In this document: piece by piece, positions 1-9,664 of the stretch
Position numbering within the stretch: the first letter of the stretch is position 1
Layout of the letters: every line of letters begins with the position of its first letter
Assembly (NCBI GenBank): GCA_964628455.1
Contig: CAZVPD010000003.1
Coordinates: 2,046-66,045, forward strand
Source: an uncultured Lachnospiraceae bacterium
GTDB taxonomy: Bacteria; Bacillota; Clostridia; Oscillospirales; CAG-272
Direction of reading: 5' to 3'
Length of the DNA stretch: 64,000 nt
Made by a program: the position numbers and the translations under genes
Notes under the pieces: generated by a model
The model's database searches: none
Told to the model about the DNA's origin: nothing
The model's input: the letters and a program-made list of their open reading frames with translations, nothing else

Positions 1-295
1 TCGAAACGGTCACTTCAAGGCCGAATTCTTCGATGAAATAGACCATAGAAAGCATATTTCCTTCGCGGGCAATCCCCCCGCATTTCGCCTGCAGCGGCAG
101 AACCGACGCTCCGGCAATGATGTTGCTGAACCCGCCGTAATCGGCGTCTGTCAGTGCGATATGAAAGCAGGGAACCGGCATTTCGCCGGCTCTGCCGCTG
201 CAGTTTTCCCCCGCGGACATACGGCTCATGCCGTAACTACCGTGTATTTTATCGAAAACAAGTTCGATCTGACCGTGGCGTATCGTTGTGCTCAT
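1..295 (-). CDS. hypothetical protein, N-terminal part only (gene runs off the left edge)
   Basis: Minus-strand frame is open from ATG at 295 (MSTTIRHGQIELVFDKIHGSYGM...) to position 1. GGGAGAA RBS lies 5 nt upstream. It is absent from the ORF track because it is truncated. No family recognised. Confidence 0.4.
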   Translation of the reverse strand, partial: MSTTIRHGQIELVFDKIHGSYGMSRMSAGENCSGRAGEMPVPCFHIALTDADYGGFSNIIAGASVLPLQAKCGGIAREGNMLSMVYFIEEFGLEVTVS

Positions 296-411
296 ATTGT
301 TCTCCCGTTGTTTTTTCATGATGGATGCGGCTGATCTATTATAAGCATTATTTTTCTCCTTGTCAACAAAACGAAAAAAAGGACCGCCCGCGGCAGTCCC
401 TTTTATAAAAT

Positions 412-1908
412 TCAGGATTCTTCGGCGAGTTTTTCGAAGTCCGCAATAAACTTTTCCATCGCGGTCTCGGCGGCAGGTCCGCGCTTTGCCATAAACGATC
501 CGAAATCGGCATTGTTTTTCATCGTCATGGAATATAATTCCCATGAAAGACCGCCGATATCATAAAGCTCTCCCGTATCGTAAACGCGGTTCTGCATGAT
601 GATATCAAGCATCAGGGTCGATTCGGGATCTCGTGCGATTTTTGTGCCGAGGTTGGTTTCGTAATAGGCCGGCAGCAGCGAATAACGCGATTCGGCCGAC
701 ATGGCTTCTATGATGACGCCGGCTGTCTGAGGATCAAATGCGCTTGTGTTGGGCACAGCGACCGCGGCTCCCGTATAGCGGTTGACGGTATGGTAGAAAG
801 ACTCCTGCTTCTCATCGAATTTGGGAATCGGTATGATGCCGAAGTCGGTCACCATATTGCGAAGCGTTTCGACAACGCGCATTCTGATCCACATCATAAG
901 CGCCCGGTCTTCGGAGAACATCTTTGTCTGAAGCTGATAAATATCCTGTTTGCCTTCGAGATGGTGCAGGTTGATAACCATGTCGTCCCGGTACATGATT
1001 TCGAAGATCTTCGTGAGGATCTGATAATTTTTTTCTTCTCCGAGCGTCAGTTCGGGCATGCCCTCGCTGTTTATCGTCACGATCCGTCCGCCGCCCGCGT
1101 GCAGATAGGATACGATCGCGTCACGCTGCCAAAGCAGGCCGTACTGGTCCTCAAGGTCCGCTGCGCCGTCGCCGTTAAGATCTTTCGAGGCTGCGGTAAT
1201 CATCTCGTTCATTTTGTCAAAAGTCCATTTGTTGTTGAAGACAAGGTCATAGGGCAGCTCCATGTTATAATCGGTGACCATCTTCTTATTGAAGACCATG
1301 GCCGAAGTGGAGTCGTCGTCAAGGATGATCATATCCCCCGTGACATAGTAAAGCTGACCGAGGATGGTGGCGTTGTCTATCATCATCGGGTCATACCAGG
1401 GTTTGGTCAGATCCACATATTCAAGGTTATAAAGATTGACAAAATAACCGCCGCGGACGGTCGATTTTATGCTTTCGATACGGGGGGTGACGATATGGAA
1501 ATCGTCCGTTCCCGCTTTGACCTGTTTCTGTACGGCAAGGTTGATGTCCTTGTTTTCTATTCCCGTAATGACGACGTCGAATCTTTCCTCGACGGCAAGG
1601 TTGCGGGCATATACCGCGTCATTGATCACTTCGCCGTTGGGAGATTCGGTATCGATATCGCGGGACAGCCAGTCCTGCCAGTCTGTTCCGCCGACGGGAT
1701 GCATCGCTATTCTGATCTCCATGCCTTCATAGGTGTCGGAAGGCAGTTCGGGTTCGATCCGGGGTTCTTCGGTTTCTTCGGGTTCGGTGCTTTCGGCGGT
1801 CGCGGTTGTTTCGTTCTGAACGGCTGCAGGTTCCGCGCAGGCGGGAATCACAGTCATGGCAAGAAAAGCAAGTGCGGCAAAGAAAACCAGCTTAGATTTG
1901 GCAAACAT
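412..1908 (-). CDS. extracellular solute-binding lipoprotein (ABC family-1 SBP type), orphan
   Basis: 505-aa ORF trimmed to ATG 1908 (AGGAG 8 nt upstream). This gives the lipoprotein signal MFAKSKLVFFAALAFLAMTVIPAC followed by a T/E/P linker. Conserved blocks: VINDAVYARN, KPWYD, DLNGDG, IPIPKFDE, LPAYYE, MLDII. Paralog of four other ORFs in the window. Confidence 0.8.
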   Translation of the reverse strand: MFAKSKLVFFAALAFLAMTVIPACAEPAAVQNETTATAESTEPEETEEPRIEPELPSDTYEGMEIRIAMHPVGGTDWQDWLSRDIDTESPNGEVINDAVYARNLAVEERFDVVITGIENKDINLAVQKQVKAGTDDFHIVTPRIESIKSTVRGGYFVNLYNLEYVDLTKPWYDPMMIDNATILGQLYYVTGDMIILDDDSTSAMVFNKKMVTDYNMELPYDLVFNNKWTFDKMNEMITAASKDLNGDGAADLEDQYGLLWQRDAIVSYLHAGGGRIVTINSEGMPELTLGEEKNYQILTKIFEIMYRDDMVINLHHLEGKQDIYQLQTKMFSEDRALMMWIRMRVVETLRNMVTDFGIIPIPKFDEKQESFYHTVNRYTGAAVAVPNTSAFDPQTAGVIIEAMSAESRYSLLPAYYETNLGTKIARDPESTLMLDIIMQNRVYDTGELYDIGGLSWELYSMTMKNNADFGSFMAKRGPAAETAMEKFIADFEKLAEES

Positions 1909-2062
1909 TCGGGTTACTCCTAAGGTCATTATATTTTTGTGATACTCTTCATTTTAACACATTATTCTTAAAAAAACAACATCGAACATCAATCGTTTAC
2001 CGATTATTTACAATGAGTGCGCCGTATGGATTAAATAAATTTACCGTTTTTTCATAATACTC

Positions 2063-2091
2063 TTTATTTTTTAAAAATTACATGCTATAAT
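2063..2091 (+). promoter_or_regulatory. candidate promoter of hpf (extended -10)
   Basis: TGcTATAAT at 2083-2091, weak -35 TTTATT at 2063-2068 with a 17-nt spacer, about 50 nt upstream of the hpf start. Confidence 0.4.
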
Positions 2092-2141
2092 AGAATCGTA
2101 TCCAGCATAACCAAACTACAAACGAAAGGTGGAGTTGAGCT

Positions 2142-2669
2142 GTGAAAATAACAACTATCGGGAGGCAGATGGAGGTTCCGGAGGATTTAAAGGATCTTTT
2201 TGAAAAAAAGCTCCGCAAATTCAACAAATTCTTCCGTGATGATACAAACGCCTTCATTACGTTGTCAAAAAAGCGCACTATGGAAGTACTTGAGCTCACC
2301 ATCTCAAGCGGCGGAACCCTGTATCGCAGCGAAAAAGAAAGCGCAACCTTCAACAACGCACTCGATGAAGTGATCGAGGCGATCGAGCGCCAGATACGTA
2401 AAAACAAAACCCGTCTTGAGAAAAGACTGCGTGAAGGAGCCTTCGTCAGGGAGACCGGAGAACCGGCTTATATGGCTGTGGATGAAGAACCCGAGTTCAA
2501 CATTCGCGTCAAATCCTTTTCGATCAAACCGATGACACCTGAAGAGGCTATTCTGCAGATGAATCTTCTGGGACACACGTTCTTTCTTTTTAAAAATGCC
2601 GAATCCGGTGAAGTCAATGTCGTTTACAAGAGATACGACAATGACTATGGAATGATCGTTCCGATGTGA
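2142..2669 (+). CDS. hpf: ribosome hibernation promoting factor, long form (RaiA/HPF family)
   Basis: 175 aa, GTG start with GGTGGAG RBS. N-terminal MKITTIGRQMEVPEDLKDLFEKKL is typical of the sigma-54 modulation/HPF family, and a C-terminal dimerisation domain is present. A strong terminator follows. Confidence 0.9.
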   Translation: MKITTIGRQMEVPEDLKDLFEKKLRKFNKFFRDDTNAFITLSKKRTMEVLELTISSGGTLYRSEKESATFNNALDEVIEAIERQIRKNKTRLEKRLREGAFVRETGEPAYMAVDEEPEFNIRVKSFSIKPMTPEEAILQMNLLGHTFFLFKNAESGEVNVVYKRYDNDYGMIVPM

Positions 2670-2702
2670 TCGGTTTTAATGATTCTGAAATAAGGTTAAA
2701 AC

Positions 2703-2735
2703 GGGAGGCGGAAATCCGCCTCCCGTTTGTTTTTT
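2703..2735. terminator. bidirectional rho-independent terminator (hpf / cinA convergent)
   Basis: Perfect 9-bp GC stem GGGAGGCGG-AAAT-CCGCCTCCC, with a T-run after it on the + strand and an A-run before it (a T-run on the - strand). Confidence 0.75.
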
Positions 2736-2737
2736 AT

Positions 2738-4003
2738 TTACGGGATTGATTTTAACGTTTCCATTGCCATCGCAAACGCGGTCACGGCGGAAAGCGAGCG
2801 TATCCGCTCCCGGCTGCCGGTAAACCGGCAGCGGCGGACGGAAGTCCCCTCTTTTGTGCCGGCTGCGATATACACAAGCCCTACGGGTTTTTCATCGGTT
2901 CCTCCTCCGGGACCGGCGATGCCCGTCACGGCAAGAGCGAGTTCCGCACCCGTCAGAGCCCTCGCACCGGCTTCCATTTCCCGCGCGGTCTCTTCGGATA
3001 CCGCCCCGTAAAATGCGAGAGTTTCTCTCCCGACACCCAGCAGAGAGGATTTGAAAGCATTGGAATAAGTCACTGCGCCTCCGTCAAAAACATCGGACGC
3101 GCCGCTGACGGAGGTAAGCATTTCGGCGATCATACCGCCCGTGCAGGATTCGGCCGTCGTGATTTTCATTCTTTTTTCCCGCAGCAGGTCGATAAGCGCA
3201 GAGGGCAGGTTTGTGTCGATCCCGTATATATAGGGCGCAGCCGGGGACTGCCTGATCCGGTCGATCATGGCATTGCATAAAGCCAGACCTTCCGCCTCGT
3301 TTTCGGCGCGTGCCGTGACGCGCAGCCTGACTTCGCCCTCCTTGCAATACGGGGCAACGGTCGGATTTTCCGCCGCCTTCATAAGAGATGCGAGAATTTC
3401 CTCAAGCGAGGACTCGCCTATCCCGACAAAATTGATATTGCGGCTGACCAGGGTCACCGCCGAAAACCCGCGGAGGTACGGCTCGACGGCATCGCGGAAC
3501 ATGGGTACCATTTCACTCGGCGGTCCGGGGAGCATAATGATGATTTTACCGCGCTGTTCGTCTTCGACGGCCAGCCCCGGGGCTGTTCCGTTGTTGTTGT
3601 CGAATATGACCGATCCTTCGGGCATCATGGCCTGCTTGATGTTGGTTTCGGCCATTGCCGCGCCCCGGTGGATGAAATAGGCTTTCATGCGTTCCAGTGA
3701 ACGCTCATGCAGATATAGCTTTCGGTTCATCAGCCGGGCCGCCGTTTCCTTTGTCAGGTCGTCATAGGTAGGACCCAGTCCTCCCGTCATGATGATCAGG
3801 TCGCACCGCTCCAGAGACGCGGCAATGCACCTCTCGAGGCGCGCCGGATTATCGCCGACCACCCCCTGATAATACTGGTTGATCCCCATAGCGGCCAGCC
3901 GCCCCGAAATATAGGCGGCGTTTGTATTGACGATTTCCCCCATCAGCAGTTCGGTCCCGACGCACAGGATTTCCGCGGAATTTATCCTGATCAAGTTTTT
4001 CAC
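2738..4003 (-). CDS. cinA: CinA family competence/damage-inducible protein (nicotinamide-nucleotide amidase domain)
   Basis: 421 aa. N-terminal MoCF-like domain (AEILCVGTELLMGEIVNTNAAYI) and C-terminal CinA/PncC domain (TAESCTGGMIAEML). The true start may be TTG 3994 (GAGGTG RBS 6 nt upstream) rather than GTG 4003. Confidence 0.85.
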   Translation of the reverse strand: MKNLIRINSAEILCVGTELLMGEIVNTNAAYISGRLAAMGINQYYQGVVGDNPARLERCIAASLERCDLIIMTGGLGPTYDDLTKETAARLMNRKLYLHERSLERMKAYFIHRGAAMAETNIKQAMMPEGSVIFDNNNGTAPGLAVEDEQRGKIIIMLPGPPSEMVPMFRDAVEPYLRGFSAVTLVSRNINFVGIGESSLEEILASLMKAAENPTVAPYCKEGEVRLRVTARAENEAEGLALCNAMIDRIRQSPAAPYIYGIDTNLPSALIDLLREKRMKITTAESCTGGMIAEMLTSVSGASDVFDGGAVTYSNAFKSSLLGVGRETLAFYGAVSEETAREMEAGARALTGAELALAVTGIAGPGGGTDEKPVGLVYIAAGTKEGTSVRRCRFTGSRERIRSLSAVTAFAMAMETLKSIP

Positions 4004-4073
4004 CTCTTCATGCGATTCTTTGGCAGTATTTTACCACGCGCAACGTTCAAAGTCAAGCGGAGCCCGATTTCAG

Positions 4074-4102
4074 TTGACAAAACAACAGGCCGTTGCTATA
4101 AT
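4074..4102 (+). promoter_or_regulatory. consensus sigma-A type promoter of the URO-D/NH/GH95 operon
   Basis: TTGACA (4074-4079), 17-nt spacer, TATAAT (4097-4102), 47 nt upstream of ATG 4150. Confidence 0.6.
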
Positions 4103-4149
4103 GGTATCAGGTTCCGGCTGAAATTTTAAGAATTAAGGGCGGTGTTTTC

Positions 4150-5229
4150 ATGTACAAACCCGAATACAGCGACATATCCTATCTGAAATCCATACCCAAA
4201 AAACCGGATTTTGACGGCTTGCTGAAAATACTCCGCAAAGGCAAAGCGGACAGGGCGCGGCTGTTCGAATTTTTTCTGAATGAAACGCTTTACAATCAGT
4301 TTGCGGACGAATCCGATTACGGGGATATAGCCGATCCGTACCTGCGTTACTGCGTCCGGAACACCTCCGCTTACAGGAATGCGGGTTACGATTATATGGT
4401 CATCGGCGGACAGGGATTCGGCTTTCCCCGAAAAGAGAATCCTCACAGCGACCGCACTTATTCGCTGAATGAAGTGGTTACGATCACGGACCGCGAAAGC
4501 TTTGAAGCATATCGCTTTTCAGACCCTTCGGATGATTCTTTTTATAAAATATACGATGATATTCTGCCCTATATCCCCGACGGTATGCGGGCGGTGGGAC
4601 AGCAGCCGGGCGGGGTGCTTGAGAATGTCATGGCTTTGTGCGGCTATGACAGCCTCTGCCTGAATATGTACGATGATCCCGGACTTGTCCGCGATATTTT
4701 TGAAGCGGTGGGCGGCCGGCTTGCCGACTATACCCGCCGCGTCGTTTCGCATGAAAGCGTCGGCGCCATGATCATCAACGACGACTGGGGCTTTAACACG
4801 CAGACCATGATCAGTCATGCGGACATGCGCCTTTATGTTCTTCCCTATATTGCCGAAATGATCGGCGCGTGCCATGAGGCAGGCAAACCCGCGATCCTGC
4901 ACTCCTGCGGCAACTTCGGCGCCGGCAGGGACAGCCTTTATGAAGATGTTATCGCGATGGGACTGGACGCGAAGCATTCTTTTGAGGACGTCATCTGTCC
5001 GATCGAACAGGTTTACGAGACCTATAAAGGACGCCTTGCTTTAATGGGGGGAATCGACGTCAATTTTATCTGTACAAGCTCTCCGGAAGCGGTTTATAAC
5101 CGGTCGGCTGCGATGCTCGCGCGAAGCTTTGCTGACGGAGGCTACGCGCTCGGTACCGGAAATTCGGTGCCCTATTATGTGCCGTCCGAAGGATATGCCG
5201 CAATGATCGCCGCTGTGCTGATCGGATAA
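4150..5229 (+). CDS. uroporphyrinogen decarboxylase (URO-D) superfamily protein, MtaA-like
   Basis: 359 aa with URO-D-fold length and layout. Has an ILHSCGN block and a later FICTS. Paralog of 8534-9547 and 9665-10762. Confidence 0.7.
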   Translation: MYKPEYSDISYLKSIPKKPDFDGLLKILRKGKADRARLFEFFLNETLYNQFADESDYGDIADPYLRYCVRNTSAYRNAGYDYMVIGGQGFGFPRKENPHSDRTYSLNEVVTITDRESFEAYRFSDPSDDSFYKIYDDILPYIPDGMRAVGQQPGGVLENVMALCGYDSLCLNMYDDPGLVRDIFEAVGGRLADYTRRVVSHESVGAMIINDDWGFNTQTMISHADMRLYVLPYIAEMIGACHEAGKPAILHSCGNFGAGRDSLYEDVIAMGLDAKHSFEDVICPIEQVYETYKGRLALMGGIDVNFICTSSPEAVYNRSAAMLARSFADGGYALGTGNSVPYYVPSEGYAAMIAAVLIG

Positions 5230-5244
5230 AAAAAGGAGAACTGT

Positions 5245-6132
5245 ATGAAACAAATTCTTGACGCCGTCTTGCGTGAAAAACCCAAAAAACTGATTCTCGA
5301 CACCGATACCTATAACGAAGTGGACGACCAGTTCGCCGTGGCTTATGCCATGCTGTCGCCCGAACTCAGGCTGCTTTCGCTGAATGCCGCTCCCTTTCTA
5401 AACGACCGCTCGGTCTCGGCCGGGGACGGCATGGAAAAAAGCTTTGAGGAACTGAAGAGGATCACCGCCCTCACAAGACCGGGACACAGCATACCGATCT
5501 TCCGCGGTTCGCTCAGTTTCATGACCGAACGGGACAAACCGGTCGATTCACCAGCCGCGCGCAATATCATCGATACCGTGAAGAACCTTCCGGACGGCGA
5601 ACGGCTGTATATCGCCGTCATCGGAGCGGCGACCAACGTAGCCTCAGCGATTCTTGCCGCTCCCGAAATCATGGACCGCATCGTCATCGTATGGCTTGCG
5701 GGAAACTCGTATATGTCTCCCCATCCGCGCGAGTTCAATATGCACGGAGATCTCCCGGCCGCACAGGTGCTTTTCGACTGCGGCGCGCCGCTTCTGCAGA
5801 TACCGTGCGACGGTGTCTGCACCGAACTCGCCACCACTATTCCGGAACTCGATTTCTATCTCAAAGGAAAAAACGATCTCTGCGATTATCTTTGCGATAT
5901 CGTCCGGGGGTATACGCATGACGCTTACGCCTGGTCCAAGGTCATATGGGATGTCTCCGCCATAGCCTGCCTTATTCTTCCGGATTCCATGAGCCGGGTT
6001 ATCCTCCCCGCCCCGATGGTGCTGGACCGTTTTTATTCGTTCGACGCGGGGCGTCATCCGTATATCTATATCCGTAAACTTTACAGGGACGAAATTTTCC
6101 GGGATCTGTTCCGCAAGCTTGCCGACAAATAA
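5245..6132 (+). CDS. inosine-uridine preferring nucleoside hydrolase family protein (variant Asp motif)
   Basis: 295 aa, AGGAG RBS. The N-terminal LILDTDTYNEVDDQFAVAYAM resembles the IUNH DxDxxxDD fingerprint but with a longer spacer. Confidence 0.7.
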   Translation: MKQILDAVLREKPKKLILDTDTYNEVDDQFAVAYAMLSPELRLLSLNAAPFLNDRSVSAGDGMEKSFEELKRITALTRPGHSIPIFRGSLSFMTERDKPVDSPAARNIIDTVKNLPDGERLYIAVIGAATNVASAILAAPEIMDRIVIVWLAGNSYMSPHPREFNMHGDLPAAQVLFDCGAPLLQIPCDGVCTELATTIPELDFYLKGKNDLCDYLCDIVRGYTHDAYAWSKVIWDVSAIACLILPDSMSRVILPAPMVLDRFYSFDAGRHPYIYIRKLYRDEIFRDLFRKLADK

Positions 6133-6182
6133 CCCGCGGCGCTTCGGTTCCGTTTTAAATCATAGAATTTGCGGGGAATACT

Positions 6183-8537
6183 ATGCAGAACAAACTTACA
6201 ATGAGATATCCTTCGTCCTGGCAGGGTGACATGTGGCGCGAAGGCGCCCCCTGCGGGAACGGTCTTGTCGGAGCGCTGGTATACGGCGGTATTTATAAAG
6301 AGAACATCCTTCTGAATCACGCGTATTTATGGCGCGGCGGCCGGAATGAACCGCTGCCCGACGTCAGCGGAAAACTGCCTGAGATCAGAAGACTGCTCGA
6401 TGAAAACAATCCTTTCGATGCGGACGGGATACTGGCCGGCGCTCTGCGGGAACGCGGTTACGGCGGCGACACCTGCAATCCTCTTCCCCTTTGCGACATT
6501 CGGATCAACACGCCCGTAAAAGACGTCTTTTCGCATTACAGGCGCGAGATCGATATGGAAAAAGCCGAGGTGACCGTCAGCTGGACCGAAAAAGCGGTAC
6601 ATTTCACACGTTCCGTATTCGTTTCCCGCCTGAATCATCTGATATTCACCCGCTATGCCTGCGACAGGACCGGAGCTCTCGATACGGCGGTAACCGTTTG
6701 CGTCCACGACACGGAGACACTGGGCGCGGTCGTCATCGAAAACGCCGAAACCCGTGTCTCGGGAAATATGATCTGTTTCGCCGCCTATAATCAGTCGGTG
6801 TTTTACGGCGGTGATTACGGCGCGGTAAGCCGTGTTGTCACCGACGGAGAAACCGAGGCGGACGGCCCTTACCTGAAAATAAAAAAAGCGTCTGAAATAT
6901 TGATCGCAACAAAAGTATTTGCCGGAAGCGGACGGGAAAGGGAATTCGCGCAGGCCCGAGAGGATCTCTCCCGTGTTTTTGATTATAACGAAGAGTTGTC
7001 GGCGCATACTGCCCTGCACAAACCTCTCTTCCGTGGCGTAAACTTTGAAATATCGGAAACGCACACTTCAAACGAGGAACTTTTGCTGCAGGCGTTCGAG
7101 GATGAATGCCCGAACGAACTGACCGAAAAGCTGTATGCCTACGGCAGGTATCTGTTTGTCTGCTCCTCTTCGGATAAAGATACGCTGCCCTGTCATCTGG
7201 TCGGTTTATGGAACGGCACATACAACTGCTTCTGGGCGATCTATATGTACAACATCAATTTCGAAATGATCTACTGGCAGGCGCTCAGCGGGAATTTGCC
7301 CTCTTATCTGCGCCTTGCGCTCGATTATACGGAAAAATTTACCGATGACTTCAGGGAGAATGCGCGCAGGCTTTTCGGCTGCCGGGGCATCTACATCAAC
7401 TCCGTAAACACTCCGGAATCGGGCATTTCGAAATGCGGCGCTTCCCATATACTGAACTGGACCGGAGGAGCCGCCTGGTTTGCCCAGCATTTCTGGGACT
7501 ATTACCGCTATACGGAGGACACCGAATATTTAAAAAAGCACGCGCTTCCCTTTATGTATGAAGCCGCTCTGTTTTATGAGGACTTCGCCGTCCCGGGGGA
7601 AAACGGATATTATGTGCTGTACCCCTCGACCTCTCCGGAAAACTGCGCGCAGAATATAAAGGACATGTCCCCCTCCGGCCATGAAGCGCAGATTTCGGTG
7701 AACGCGACGCTCGAAACGGCGCTGATGAAGGAACTGCTGGTGAATTTGATCAGCGGCAGCATAATCACCGGCATGTATGCGGAAAAACGCGATAAATGGC
7801 GTGACATGCTGGCGCATATCGCCCCTTACCGGATAAACACCGACGGTGCCGTTAAGGAATGGCAGCATGATTTCTACGGAGAAAACTACAGGCACCGCCA
7901 CCAGAGCCATCTGTATCCGGTTTTTCCGGGCTGCGAGATCGCCGAAAAAGATGAGATCTATCCGGCATTCGTCCGGGCTGAAGAACTCAGAATGGAGCAC
8001 GGCCTTCAGGATCAGAGCAGCTGGTCCATGGTTTTCATGTCCTGCGTCATGGCCCGCATGCAGCGCGGCGAAGAGGCTTTAAAGGCCGTCGGTACGATCG
8101 CACGTACCTGCCTGATGAATAATTTCTTTACTGTTCACAACGACTGGCGCAGAATGGGACCTGCGGCATGCGATGATTTCAGAGTCGCGCCCTTTCAGAT
8201 AGACGGCAACACGGGAATACCCGCCGCGATCAACGAAATGCTGCTCCAGTCTCAGCATGATGAGATTTTTCTGCTTCCCGCTTTGCCGGGAAAATGGGCA
8301 CAGGGAAAAATCGAAGGACTTCTCGCGCGCGGCAACATCCTTTGCGATATTTACTGGAAGGACGGCAGCGCAAGGGCTGTTCTGACCCCCCGGGGAGGAG
8401 TCAGACACAAGACGGTCCGCCTCGGAAGCGGATATGTCTTTGCCGACGGAAGCACCCTGGCGGACCATACATTCAGCCTTCCATTGGAACTTGAATTTTT
8501 CGAAGCAAAAAAGGCAGACGGAAGGAGCGCTTTATGA
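6183..8537 (+). CDS. glycoside hydrolase family 95 (alpha-L-fucosidase/alpha-L-galactosidase type)
   Basis: 784 aa. The N-terminal WREGAPCGNGLVGALVYGGIYKENILLNHAYLWRGG matches the GH95 N-terminal domain pattern. Size and (alpha/alpha)6-type middle region are consistent. Confidence 0.8.
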   Translation: MQNKLTMRYPSSWQGDMWREGAPCGNGLVGALVYGGIYKENILLNHAYLWRGGRNEPLPDVSGKLPEIRRLLDENNPFDADGILAGALRERGYGGDTCNPLPLCDIRINTPVKDVFSHYRREIDMEKAEVTVSWTEKAVHFTRSVFVSRLNHLIFTRYACDRTGALDTAVTVCVHDTETLGAVVIENAETRVSGNMICFAAYNQSVFYGGDYGAVSRVVTDGETEADGPYLKIKKASEILIATKVFAGSGREREFAQAREDLSRVFDYNEELSAHTALHKPLFRGVNFEISETHTSNEELLLQAFEDECPNELTEKLYAYGRYLFVCSSSDKDTLPCHLVGLWNGTYNCFWAIYMYNINFEMIYWQALSGNLPSYLRLALDYTEKFTDDFRENARRLFGCRGIYINSVNTPESGISKCGASHILNWTGGAAWFAQHFWDYYRYTEDTEYLKKHALPFMYEAALFYEDFAVPGENGYYVLYPSTSPENCAQNIKDMSPSGHEAQISVNATLETALMKELLVNLISGSIITGMYAEKRDKWRDMLAHIAPYRINTDGAVKEWQHDFYGENYRHRHQSHLYPVFPGCEIAEKDEIYPAFVRAEELRMEHGLQDQSSWSMVFMSCVMARMQRGEEALKAVGTIARTCLMNNFFTVHNDWRRMGPAACDDFRVAPFQIDGNTGIPAAINEMLLQSQHDEIFLLPALPGKWAQGKIEGLLARGNILCDIYWKDGSARAVLTPRGGVRHKTVRLGSGYVFADGSTLADHTFSLPLELEFFEAKKADGRSAL

Positions 8538-9547
8538 CCAAAAGAGACTATGTGCTTTCGGCAGTAAAGCATAAGAGCGCCGATAAAGTCCCGTATTGCA
8601 TCCGCCTGACCGGTGAAGCGTATAATCTATACGGGGAAAGACTGCTCAAAGACTATTACAGTAAGGAAGTTTCGGACGATCTGAAAGAAGGCAGGATCAG
8701 TTTCACACAGGCAGTGGAACTTTCGATGGGAAATTTCATGATAGAACCGGGATTTCCGTGGTGGAACTGGGATTACGCGAATACGGATCCCGTCTATTCG
8801 AGACCGGAAGAAGAACCCCCGGTGATGCCCGCGGTCGTCCGTTATGACACCGAAGAGAACTTCCGTTCCTTTTATTCGAAAGCCGAATTTTTCGCCGATA
8901 AATATCAGGTTTATACGACGGCTCTGATATGGGGCAGTCACTGGGAAAAAGCCTATTTTACAAGGGGGATCGAAAATTTCCTCGCGGACCTTGCGGGCTT
9001 TCCGGACTTCGCGCAGAAGCTTCTCGATTATATCGTCCATACAAACATGCAGATCCTGCCGAATATCGCAACCTGCCCTCATCTTGACGGGATACTGCTC
9101 GGAAGCGACTGGGGCACGCAGAACGACCTGATCATGTCTCCGGCAACCTGGAAAACCATGATCAGAAAAGGTGAAAAAATACAGTATGACCTGATAAAAT
9201 CCTTTAACAAGGACGTGATGGTTCACTCCTGCGGCAACGTCACCAAACTCATCGGAGAACTGGTGCTTCTGGGCGTCGATATCCTGAATCCCGTACAGCC
9301 CGAATGTATGGATCTGAAGGAACTGAAGCAAAAATACGGTGACAGGCTTACTTTCTGGGGAGGTATCAGCACGCAGAAAACACTGCCATACGGCACACCC
9401 GAAGAAGTGAAAAAAGAAACGGAACAGACGATACGGCTGATGAGCGAAAACGGCGGCTATATCACCTGCGCCTCGCAGGAGATTCAATGCGACGTGCCCT
9501 ATGAAAATTTGACCGCGATGATAAACACAGCCAGGTCTTTTGCCTGA
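8534..9547 (+). CDS. URO-D superfamily protein, MtaA-like
   Basis: 337 aa. The start overlaps the GH95 stop (ATGA). AGGAG RBS. MVHSCGN block and a later ITCASQEIQC. Confidence 0.7.
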   Translation: MTKRDYVLSAVKHKSADKVPYCIRLTGEAYNLYGERLLKDYYSKEVSDDLKEGRISFTQAVELSMGNFMIEPGFPWWNWDYANTDPVYSRPEEEPPVMPAVVRYDTEENFRSFYSKAEFFADKYQVYTTALIWGSHWEKAYFTRGIENFLADLAGFPDFAQKLLDYIVHTNMQILPNIATCPHLDGILLGSDWGTQNDLIMSPATWKTMIRKGEKIQYDLIKSFNKDVMVHSCGNVTKLIGELVLLGVDILNPVQPECMDLKELKQKYGDRLTFWGGISTQKTLPYGTPEEVKKETEQTIRLMSENGGYITCASQEIQCDVPYENLTAMINTARSFA

Positions 9548-9664
9548 AACCGCGGGGTCCAAACGGATAAAACAAAAAAAGCAGGCGATTCTCCGGAATT
9601 TATCTGCCGGAATGTCTGCTTTTTCATATTTTATGTCTTTACGGATAACGATAAGGCGCCGCCG

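Noticed and set aside
790-1923. 377-aa ORF on the + strand, antisense to the first solute-binding lipoprotein gene
   Set aside because: This is a mirror-frame shadow ORF. The translation is H/R/V/G/F-rich and low in information, it has no RBS, and the opposite strand carries clear family motifs and a lipoprotein signal.
4150-5229. Calling the URO-D-like genes hemE
   Set aside because: There are three paralogs, no other heme genes, a carbohydrate operon context, and an HSCG Cys-containing block atypical of HemE. Only the superfamily-level call is kept.
8627-9562. 311-aa ORF antisense to the URO-D-like gene 8534-9547
   Set aside because: Shadow ORF with no RBS and Arg/Phe/His-rich composition. 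The sense strand has the conserved HSCG block and operon context.
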